The notes under the pieces are model-generated. The model searched no databases. It was not told the origin of the DNA and worked only from the letters and a program-made list of their open reading frames with translations. DNA of 24,570 nt. It comes from Gemmatimonadales bacterium. GTDB taxonomy: Bacteria; Gemmatimonadota; Gemmatimonadetes; Gemmatimonadales; GWC2-71-9. The stretch spans positions 1 to 24,570 of the forward strand of contig JBFJCP010000044.1 of NCBI GenBank assembly GCA_041615815.1. Direction: 5' to 3'. Both the position numbers and the translations under genes were made by a program. This document shows, piece by piece, positions 1 to 7,974 of this stretch. Position 1 is the stretch's first letter; each line of letters begins with the position of its first letter.

Positions 1-663
1 ATCCCTTGCCTCGCGTTGCTTCTTGCCGATCTCGTATTCGAAGATTTGCAGCTTGAACAAATCATTCTGGCTCACTTCATCGGACCCTGCGTCGAGCTCT
101 TCCTGCAACCGGTCTTTCGCCTTGGCCACTTCGGCCATCGCGTCGTCCACAACCGCGAGAAGCTCCTTTCCCAAGACGAGCCCCCAGTACAGCTCCCGCA
201 CCTGGAGCCGCACGGCGGCCTCTTTGCTGGCTACCTCGGCCTCCCCCGCTTCCACTCCGAACGCCGCTGCATCACGCAGACCGCTCAGTCTGCCGAATGT
301 CCACAGTGGCTGCACCATGTCCAGCGTGACCTCCGTCAAGGGCCGGAGATCCTTCAGGCCGGCGACGGTATCTGGCGACGTCAACACCCCCGTTGGGGTG
401 AAGGCGGCCCGGGCCCGCGGCACGGCGGTCCAGATGTTCCGTAGGTTCACCTCAGGCAGAAAGCGGGCGTGCGATACTTGGGCGTGCTTCAGTCGCGCGA
501 TCTCGACATTGCCCGTGGCTTGCTGCACCTGGACGCTATGCTGCAAGGCGAGATCCTCGCACTGTGCCAGGCTGAGCACCAACTGTTGGGGTGCCTGTCC
601 GAGGCACACGGCGGCGTACGAGCACGAAGCCCACAGGACGGAGACGACCACACGATAGCTCAT
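1..663 (-). CDS. TolC-family outer membrane efflux/channel protein (3' end runs off the window)
   Basis: Not in the ORF track; translated by hand from ATG at 663 and open to base 1: MSYRVVVSVLWASCSYAAVCLGQAPQQLVLSLAQCEDLALQHS...ARFLPEVNL...MVQPLWTFGRL...VRLQVRELYWGLV. It has a signal peptide, the 'LSLxxxxxLAL', 'FLPEV' and 'QPLWTFG' OEP-repeat hallmarks, and GGGGG just upstream. Confidence 0.88.
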   Translation of the reverse strand, partial: MSYRVVVSVLWASCSYAAVCLGQAPQQLVLSLAQCEDLALQHSVQVQQATGNVEIARLKHAQVSHARFLPEVNLRNIWTAVPRARAAFTPTGVLTSPDTVAGLKDLRPLTEVTLDMVQPLWTFGRLSGLRDAAAFGVEAGEAEVASKEAAVRLQVRELYWGLVLGKELLAVVDDAMAEVAKAKDRLQEELDAGSDEVSQNDLFKLQIFEYEIGKKQREARD

Positions 664-679
664 GCATTACCCCCGCTGG

Positions 680-1954
680 CTACTGCGCCTGCAGAATCAC
701 CCGAACCCCTGATTGTACGGTCGAGTCGGCGCTGCGGAGCGCCCGGATATCGTCGTAGTCGGCGTACGCATGGCCGCCCGGGGTATTGTTGGCATCCGAG
801 AGAATCGCAATCCCCACGGCTTCCTTGGATGGAAGGCCACCAAAGGTGTCTCGGTAGGCCTGCGTGATGTCGAACACATGGGTGCGCCACTCACCCAAAC
901 CGGCCTTGCCGCTGTCCGCCACCACCATCCAGGGCTTGCCGAGCCCACTCCGCTGCATGGCCGCGCCCACGGGCAGAGTGGAGCTCCACACATACTTCAC
1001 CGACTCCGGTACCAGACCCAGGATCCGACGGTACACGAAGTAGATACCGGCTGCACTATCGACTTTGTCGTGCCGTCGCTCATCGGCACCTTCCGGAATC
1101 TCGTGGACCCGCCAGCGGAACGAGACATAGGGGAATTCCTGGAGGTTCCACTTCACGTCTTTCGCGATGATTACGGACTGTCCGGTATCCCGGGCCGCCA
1201 GGTACTTGTTGTCACCTTCCTGATGCACGCGGTAGGGCTTGTGTTTGTCGTCGTCCTTGCCTTTCCACTGCCAACCCACCGGGAGTTCGTCCACGGTGCC
1301 TTCCTCGAAATCCTCCAAGACGACGAAGGGAGCGTCGCTGACTTGCGCCACCACGTAGGGAAAGGAGTATTTGTCCAGCATGCGCTTGGCGTCGCGGCCG
1401 TACCGCGCCGTGATTCGCTCGTTACCCGTGTGCAGGTCACGGATCTTCCACTGGCCGTCCGCCGTCTTGGCCATGTACAACGTGAGACCGTACGTCTCGC
1501 TACCAGCCCTCACGGAGCACTCGATGGTCGCTCGATCGGCCTGCTCGTCAGCGGTCGTGACACGCATCGTCGGTACCTTCCCGACTTCAGCGAGGCCTGA
1601 CACGATCTCGTTCTTGATGGCAATCTCGAGTGCGCTGGCCAAGCGCTCGCGCTCGTAGGGGCGGACCGGCGCGCCGGCGCTGCGGAGGACTTCAGCCGCG
1701 AGATGGTCTGCATCGAATGCGTCTTGGACCAGCGCGAGAAACTGTGCGGTGAACTCGCCCTCGCCAATGGCCGCTCGCCGCTCGAGCAGGTCACGCCACT
1801 GGTCGTAGTACCACTCGACGGCCGTTCGTGCATCGGCGGAATAGGTGTGCGGTGCGTCTCCGGGGCTCCGATCTCCAGGCACGAAGGCCAGGACAAATGT
1901 GGCCAAGGAGAGATACCCGAGTTTCTTGAGAGCGGTCATCGTGTTTCGTCCCAT
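680..1954 (-). CDS. Exported MlaC/Ttg2D-like lipid-binding domain fused to DUF3047
   Basis: ATG at 1954 (ATG at 1939 also possible) followed by a signal-like N-terminus. The N-half ends 'LYMAKTADGQWKIRDLHTGNERITARYGRD', matching the MlaC C-terminal W(K)xxD pattern. The C-half has the DUF3047 motifs 'PYVSFRWRV', 'GADER', 'DSAAGIY', 'KYVWSS', 'GEW' and 'ILSDANNT'. Confidence 0.78.
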   Translation of the reverse strand: MGRNTMTALKKLGYLSLATFVLAFVPGDRSPGDAPHTYSADARTAVEWYYDQWRDLLERRAAIGEGEFTAQFLALVQDAFDADHLAAEVLRSAGAPVRPYERERLASALEIAIKNEIVSGLAEVGKVPTMRVTTADEQADRATIECSVRAGSETYGLTLYMAKTADGQWKIRDLHTGNERITARYGRDAKRMLDKYSFPYVVAQVSDAPFVVLEDFEEGTVDELPVGWQWKGKDDDKHKPYRVHQEGDNKYLAARDTGQSVIIAKDVKWNLQEFPYVSFRWRVHEIPEGADERRHDKVDSAAGIYFVYRRILGLVPESVKYVWSSTLPVGAAMQRSGLGKPWMVVADSGKAGLGEWRTHVFDITQAYRDTFGGLPSKEAVGIAILSDANNTPGGHAYADYDDIRALRSADSTVQSGVRVILQAQ

Positions 1955-2267
1955 AGGGTTCCGCCTCTGGTAGGGCCGGTGCACCGACCCGCCTGCACAA
2001 GATACCCGTTCGACGGCTGCGAGGGTCCGGCACCCCCAGTCGGCTGTCGCAGCGGTGGCCGTATGAGCGGGTCGGCACACGGACAGCTGCGACGCCAGGA
2101 TAACTCAGAGCGGCCATGGCTGAAAAGGGTGGTCCTCCCCTCGAGGGTGTCCAGGGCGGTAGGACGGAGCCGGAGGTGCTTCGCATCACGCCACCATGCC
2201 CCGATTGTGGTGGTCGACGTATTACCTCTGAGGCGTTGCCACGCTGGAGGATCGCCGGTGCTCTTGC

Positions 2268-4184
2268 CTACGCGGCAGACTCCGGTGATGCAAAGAGACC
2301 GAGGTTGAGATGGTGGGACAGCTGGCTCAGCGCCGCGAACCCGCGTACGCTCGCACCCCGCTCATCCACCCGAGGCGAGAACGCGACGATGCCCATTTGG
2401 CCGGGGACGACCGTGACGATGGCTCCCGAAATGCCGCTCTTCCCAGGGAGTCCCACGTCAAAGGCAAACTGTCCCGAGGCGTCGTGCATCCCGCACGTGT
2501 ACATGACCGTGAGCACCCGCTGGACAACATCGGAATCCAGCAGTCGTTGGCGGGTGAGCGGGTGACGTCCACCTGCGGCAAGCAGCGCGCCCATCGCGGC
2601 GAGTTGGGTGGCCTTCACCCGCAGCGCGCACTGCCTGAGATAGAGATCCAGTGCCTCATCCACCCGCTCGATGATCCCGAAATTGCGCAGCAAGTAGGTG
2701 ATGGCTCGGTTGCGTGCCCCGAACCGATGCTCCGACACGTAAACGGTCTCGTCGAGCGGAAGCTCGCTCACGCCCGCCATGGCGGCGAAGGCCTGGGCGA
2801 GGCGCTTCCACCGGTCCTCGGACGTTCGGCCGGGCTGGAGTGAAGCGATCGTGATGGCGCCCGCGTTGCTCAAGGGATTGTGCGGACGTCGTGTGGCCGG
2901 ATCGAACTCAATCGCATTGTACGGGTTGCCACTGGGTTCCACACCAACTTTGGTATGGATTCCGTGCTCCCCGTGCTCGGCAAGCGCCAACGCGTAGCCG
3001 AAGGGGTTGGCGGCGGCTTGAATGGTGAACGCCTCCTCTGCATTCCCCACCGTCGCGACCTCCCCTGCCACCGTCACGGCCGCGAGGGCGAAGCGCTCCG
3101 GATCGGCAGCGGCCAGCTCCGGGATGTAGCTGGCAACGGCACCTCCCGAGCCGTGTCCGGTTGCCGTGCGGACCGTGTCGAGTGCGTTCTTCACTCGCGC
3201 GATGGAGATGGGTGGGGCTGCGGCCGGTGTGGGTGCCGTGGGATCGAACAGATGGAGCGACCGTCGGGTCGCGGTCTCTCGCAACGCCGCCATGCCGCGG
3301 ACGCTGTTGCCCTTCTCGTCCAGTCGTGGCGAGTACACGGCGAGGCCGAGCCGGCCGGGTACCACCGCGAGGATCGCGCCCGAGACGCCACTCTTGGCCG
3401 GCACGCCCACTTCCACCGCAAACTGTCCCGTTCCGTCGTACATCCCGCATGTGGAGAGGATGGCGAGCACATCGCGCACGACCTCGCGGGTGACGACGCG
3501 TTCCCCGGTCACCGGGTCTCTGCCGGCGGCCGCCAAGGTCCCCGCCATCCTGGCCAGGTCGCAGCAGGTGACCGCGGCGGAGCAGGCGCGGAAATAGAGG
3601 TCGACCGCGTCCTCCACCGGCTCGTCCAACATGCCGAGGTGGTGCATGAGGTGGGCGATGGCGCGGTTGCGGTCGCCGGTGGCCGCTTCCGATCGGTACA
3701 CCGACTCGTCGATGGCAAGATTGCGGCCCGCCCACCGGCCCAACGTCAAAAGCAGGTTGGCCTGTGCGGAGGCCGGCTGTTCCTCACAGAGAAGGCTCGC
3801 GACCACGATGGCGCCGGCGTTGATCATGGGATTGTGGGGCCGGTTGGTCCCGGACTCGACACGGACTACGGAGTTGAACGCATCGCCGCTCGGCTCGACG
3901 CCCACGCGACGGTGCACTGCAGTCCTCCCGAACCGCTCCAGGGCGGTAGCATACAGGAATGGCTTGCACACCGACTGGATGGTGAACGCGTGCGCCGCGT
4001 CACCCACCGCGGTCTCGTCTCCGGAAACCGAGCACACGGCGATGGCAAAGTGGTCCGGATCGGCCGTGGCCAGCTCGGGAATGTAGGTGGCCACGGCCCC
4101 ATCCCGCAGCGGGGTGTAGCGTTCGAGCAGCTCCTCGAGGAGTGCCTGGAGCTCACTCGGGCTGTCAATGGCGGGTGCGCGCAA
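2268..4184 (-). CDS. glsA: Glutaminase A family protein with two tandem glutaminase domains (second lacks catalytic residues)
   Basis: Two copies of G.VA.YIPELA, FTIQ, VGVEPSG, HNPxxNAGA, CGMxD and KSG(V/I)SG, joined by a Pro/Ala linker (DPTAPTPAAAPP, about 3205-3245). The TTG start at 4184 is uncertain. Confidence 0.92.
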   Translation of the reverse strand: MRAPAIDSPSELQALLEELLERYTPLRDGAVATYIPELATADPDHFAIAVCSVSGDETAVGDAAHAFTIQSVCKPFLYATALERFGRTAVHRRVGVEPSGDAFNSVVRVESGTNRPHNPMINAGAIVVASLLCEEQPASAQANLLLTLGRWAGRNLAIDESVYRSEAATGDRNRAIAHLMHHLGMLDEPVEDAVDLYFRACSAAVTCCDLARMAGTLAAAGRDPVTGERVVTREVVRDVLAILSTCGMYDGTGQFAVEVGVPAKSGVSGAILAVVPGRLGLAVYSPRLDEKGNSVRGMAALRETATRRSLHLFDPTAPTPAAAPPISIARVKNALDTVRTATGHGSGGAVASYIPELAAADPERFALAAVTVAGEVATVGNAEEAFTIQAAANPFGYALALAEHGEHGIHTKVGVEPSGNPYNAIEFDPATRRPHNPLSNAGAITIASLQPGRTSEDRWKRLAQAFAAMAGVSELPLDETVYVSEHRFGARNRAITYLLRNFGIIERVDEALDLYLRQCALRVKATQLAAMGALLAAGGRHPLTRQRLLDSDVVQRVLTVMYTCGMHDASGQFAFDVGLPGKSGISGAIVTVVPGQMGIVAFSPRVDERGASVRGFAALSQLSHHLNLGLFASPESAA

Positions 4185-4548
4185 GGGTCCCTGGGAGGCG
4201 TTCCTTTAGAGGATGGAGGGCCGCACGGCAGAACCGAAGCGGATCGGGAGGCTGAGGGGCAGCGAAGGTCGTAACTGCGCGGCAGCCAGGCCCTCTCTGC
4301 GCGCGGTCGCCATCGTGACACGCGCTCGGGAGTAGGAGCTGGCGCTTCGCCTCTAGCGCCAGACCGTGGCTACCGTAAGGGACGCCGAACCGCCCAAACC
4401 TCACTCTGGCCCGAGCCCGACTCGAGGTCTCCCCGCAGGTGAAGTTGCCAGACGCGCGCCGCCGCCTTCCCGCCCGTCTCCCTCAAGGAACCAGAGGCCG
4501 AGCCCGCTGGGGGGCGGTTGGGGACGGCGCTCGGCGAAAACGAAGGCG

Positions 4549-6162
4549 TTAGCCGTCCACGAACTCCTTGGCTTCGGTAGCGCCGAGGCGCTCGGTGTTC
4601 TGATCGTCGATCATGGCCAGCAGTTGCTCATAGTGCCGCTTTGCCCGCTCCACATCTCCAGTCTGTCGTGCCGCTCGTGCCGCGCCTAGCAGGGAGTGGT
4701 AGCGCTTGGGCCAGATCTCGAGCGAGGCTGTGTAGGCCTCCAATGCCTCGGCCGGCCGCTCGAGGCGCAGCAATAGATCGCCCAGGGCCTCGTATGGCGG
4801 ATACAGCGCGCCGGGCGTGACGGGGTGCTTATCGACGGACGCCTCTATTGTCGCCGCCTCTTGCATGCGTGCCACTGCGGCATCGACCTCCCCTTCCGCG
4901 TGCGCAATCCAGCCTGCGAGCACCAGTCGATCCGTTTCGATGTAGCGAGCGAAGGCCTGTTCGCCTGCCTGTTCAGCCTCGTCGCGCAGGGTCTTCATGC
5001 GCGCCTCGGCCATGCGTGCAGCATGCACGTCGCCGTGGTGGGCCGCTCCCAATCCCTTGGCGAACCACGTAATCGCTTCAGGCCACCAGAACCGGTCCCA
5101 CGGCAGATACTCGTGTTTCCTCACCGGCAGTGCCGCGGCTTCGTCCCACGCACGTCGTTCCACAGCATACCGCGCGGGCAGGGCGGCCAGATGGAAGGCG
5201 CTGATGAAGGTGCCTTGATGCGGAGAGCGTGGCAGGGTCTCATGCATGACGTCGGCGACCTTTTGGTCTGCGCCCTGCTGCAAGTACGCGTACGCCAGAT
5301 AGTCCATGGCGTGGGAGTAGTGGTGCGAGATGGCGTCGCCCGCTGGGAATCGCAGCGCCGCATCCGCCGATTTGCGGTTCCACTCGATCACGTCGGGCCA
5401 CGCGCCCAGCCGCACGAAGATGTGGGTGGGCATGTGTAGAGCGTGAGGGACGCTTGGCGCGATATCGTCATAGCTCCGGACGATATCGAGCGACTCGTCT
5501 GCCCGGCCTTGCACGTCGTTGGCGTGGATGGTGTAATGGATGGAGCCGGGATGGGTCGGTTGACGATCGTGAATGCGCTGTAACACCTCGGCGGCACGCG
5601 CCTGATGAAGCATCCGGTTCTCCGATATCGGTGCTACGGCGAGCTGCGAGAGCGCGTAGAGTGCTGCCGTTTCGATGTCGTCCTCGTGTGTGGCAAACGC
5701 ACCTGCCATTGCCGCTGCCCAGCGGTGGATCCGAGTCCACCATTCGGCGCTCTCGGGCTCACGATAGAACGCCGCAGCTGCCTCGACGAGTGCGCGCTCC
5801 CGATCGGTTACCGGCTCGAGTTCCATCGCACGCTTTACGGCAGCGGCCCCCCGCTGGAGATCGCTCCGCGACGGGCGGCTGGGCCACAACGGCTGAAAGA
5901 GTGTCATCGCGATTCCCCAGTGGGCCATGGCGCACGCGGGTGCTCGCGCTGCGATCTGCTCGAAGGCGGCCTGGGCCTCTACGTACATCATGTGATGCAA
6001 GAGGGCCACCGCACGGTCGAAGTCGGCCCGGACCTCCGGAGCGCAGGACACGCCGAACTTCACGGTTCCGATATCGTCATGGCCTTCATGATGCTCTTGA
6101 GCGAGGATGGTCGCGGGAGCGAGGATAATGAGAACGAGCCAGACAGCGATGGGCGTGCGCAT
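4549..6162 (-). CDS. Secreted TPR-repeat protein with His-rich conserved motifs
   Basis: ATG at 6162; signal peptide MRTPIAVWLVLIILAPATILA-Q; motifs 'GTVKFGVSC', 'CAMAHWGIAM', 'HPGSIHYTIH', 'PHALHMPTHIF'; C-terminal TPR helices. Confidence 0.8.
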   Translation of the reverse strand: MRTPIAVWLVLIILAPATILAQEHHEGHDDIGTVKFGVSCAPEVRADFDRAVALLHHMMYVEAQAAFEQIAARAPACAMAHWGIAMTLFQPLWPSRPSRSDLQRGAAAVKRAMELEPVTDRERALVEAAAAFYREPESAEWWTRIHRWAAAMAGAFATHEDDIETAALYALSQLAVAPISENRMLHQARAAEVLQRIHDRQPTHPGSIHYTIHANDVQGRADESLDIVRSYDDIAPSVPHALHMPTHIFVRLGAWPDVIEWNRKSADAALRFPAGDAISHHYSHAMDYLAYAYLQQGADQKVADVMHETLPRSPHQGTFISAFHLAALPARYAVERRAWDEAAALPVRKHEYLPWDRFWWPEAITWFAKGLGAAHHGDVHAARMAEARMKTLRDEAEQAGEQAFARYIETDRLVLAGWIAHAEGEVDAAVARMQEAATIEASVDKHPVTPGALYPPYEALGDLLLRLERPAEALEAYTASLEIWPKRYHSLLGAARAARQTGDVERAKRHYEQLLAMIDDQNTERLGATEAKEFVDG

Positions 6163-6302
6163 AACGAGAGTCTCACGGTTGAGGCTTCGCCTGATGATGG
6201 AAGGGGTCTGCGATACGCGCAAGGCCGGGGGGGCGTGGCTGTGTAACATGAAGTGATGATGACAACTCTCTCACCGCCTAGTCTGGGTACATTCCAGGCA
6301 TC

Positions 6303-7886
6303 ATGACCACACCTATCAGCCCCGAGTTCCTGACCCTCCAGGAGTACCTGGCGGGGCGCTACTCCATCGAGGCCGAACTGGGTCGTGGCGGCATGGGGAT
6401 CGTGCTGCTGGCGCGGGACGTGGCGCTCGACCGGCTGGTGGCCATCAAGCTCCTCCCGCCGGCCCTGGCCGCCAACGCCGAGTATCGAGCGCGTTTTCTG
6501 CGGGAGGCGCGCACCGCCGCAGGCCTGTCCCATCCCAACATCGTGCCGATTCACACGGTCGAGGAACACGACGAGCTGGTGTTCTTCGTAATGGGTTACG
6601 TGGACGGGGAGACCCTACGCGAGCGGGTGGAGCGCGGGGGACCCCTGACGCGGCTGGCCATGAAGCTGATGCAAGAGGTCGCGTGGGCCCTCGCCTACGC
6701 GCATCAACGTGGCGTCATCCATCGCGATATCAAGCCCGACAATATCATGATCGAGCAGGGCACCGATCGGGCGATGGTCACGGACTTCGGCATCGCGCTC
6801 GGCCGTCGCGACACCGAGCGGGGCCACGGAGAGGTGATCGGGACCGCGCGCTACATGAGCCCCGAGCAGGCGTGTGGAGAACCGGTGGATGCCAGGAGCG
6901 ATCTTTACTCACTGGGTGCCACCGTCTTCTACGCGCTGACCGGGCGGGCTCCCGTCGAGGGAAAGAACCTGCCCGCCATTCTGGTCAAGCAGGCTACGCA
7001 GCCGGTGCCGGCCATTCGCACCGTTCGGCCCGAGGTCCCCGCCAAGCTCGCGCAGGTCGTGGATCGCTGCCTCGCCATCGCGCCGGCAGATCGCTGGCAG
7101 ACGGGGGACGAGGTGGCACGTATGGCGGGCGAGGCACGCGGCCGGGAGCTGCGGGCACCGCCCGTCGTCCGGAGCTTCGTGCGGAACGCGCAGGTGACCA
7201 CGATGGTGATCATCGCGGTGGTCGTTGCGGGGCAGGGGATCACGATCAACGAAGCGGGTGTCGAGATCATCAACCTCGGCCCCGGGTTGATCGGCACGAT
7301 CCTCATCATTCAACTCGTGGCGACGGCCCGCCGCCTGTTACGCGAGGGCTACGCGTTCGCCGATATCCGGCAGGCGCTCCTGGCCGAGGCGCGGCTGCAG
7401 GAGGAAGAGGCCGACGAGCTCCAGCAGCGCCGGTGGCTCAGGTGGCTCAACAGCCGGTGGCATCGCATGTGGGCGGGCAAATTCGGTCGCTGGTTTTTCC
7501 GTGTGGCGGGATGGAAACTCGCCAAGCCAACACGTCACGCGCTTCCCTCGGCGGACGCCACCGAGTTCGTCCTGGGCCGGTCGACCCTTGCCGCGTACGA
7601 GGCCCTCTCGGACGAGGTGCGGCGCGAGGCCCGGGAAGTCCCCGACGTGGTCGAGCGTCTCGAGGACCGAGCCGAACGCCTGCGCGCAAGAGGCGAGACG
7701 GGCGAACCGCTAAACGAGACGATGGCGGCGCTCGAGAACCTGCGGCTCGCCATGCTCAAGCTGCAGGCCGGCATGGCATCGGTGAATGACCTGACCTTCC
7801 AGCTCGAGCGGGCCAAGGCGATTGGCGAAGCGGTGGACCGCCGGCTCGCGGCGCTCCGGGAAGTGGAGGAGATCGCACCGGGGTAG
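6303..7886 (+). CDS. Hanks-type Ser/Thr protein kinase with two TM helices and a C-terminal coiled-coil
   Basis: GRGGMG, VAIK, HRDIKPDN, DFG, GTARYMSPEQ and DLYSLG are all intact. Two hydrophobic segments follow the kinase domain, then a helical tail. Confidence 0.93.
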   Translation: MTTPISPEFLTLQEYLAGRYSIEAELGRGGMGIVLLARDVALDRLVAIKLLPPALAANAEYRARFLREARTAAGLSHPNIVPIHTVEEHDELVFFVMGYVDGETLRERVERGGPLTRLAMKLMQEVAWALAYAHQRGVIHRDIKPDNIMIEQGTDRAMVTDFGIALGRRDTERGHGEVIGTARYMSPEQACGEPVDARSDLYSLGATVFYALTGRAPVEGKNLPAILVKQATQPVPAIRTVRPEVPAKLAQVVDRCLAIAPADRWQTGDEVARMAGEARGRELRAPPVVRSFVRNAQVTTMVIIAVVVAGQGITINEAGVEIINLGPGLIGTILIIQLVATARRLLREGYAFADIRQALLAEARLQEEEADELQQRRWLRWLNSRWHRMWAGKFGRWFFRVAGWKLAKPTRHALPSADATEFVLGRSTLAAYEALSDEVRREAREVPDVVERLEDRAERLRARGETGEPLNETMAALENLRLAMLKLQAGMASVNDLTFQLERAKAIGEAVDRRLAALREVEEIAPG

Positions 7887-7974
7887 ATCCAGCCGTCCGT
7901 GATGGCCGCCGGACTGTCGGCTCAATCCAGTTCCACGATCGCTTTGCTGCTCCGCACCTCGAGAGGGAAGGCCC

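Noticed and set aside
1954..1990. TAGGGTTCCG guanidine-I riboswitch seed
   Set aside because: It is antisense to the adjacent gene's start region, and the conserved 3' stem (GGGAnAAAAGCCCG) is absent.
2880..4274. Long antisense or alternate-frame ORFs (e.g. 2880-4274, 10843-12387, 18675-19811, 17199-17996)
   Set aside because: These are shadow ORFs typical of high-GC DNA overlapping well-supported genes. 17199-17996 merely reads through doxX out of frame into the pseudogene.
4339..4362. 8-bp hairpin CTGGCGCT/AGCGCCAG upstream of glsA as a terminator or glutamine riboswitch
   Set aside because: There is no U-tract on either strand and no glnA-motif consensus.
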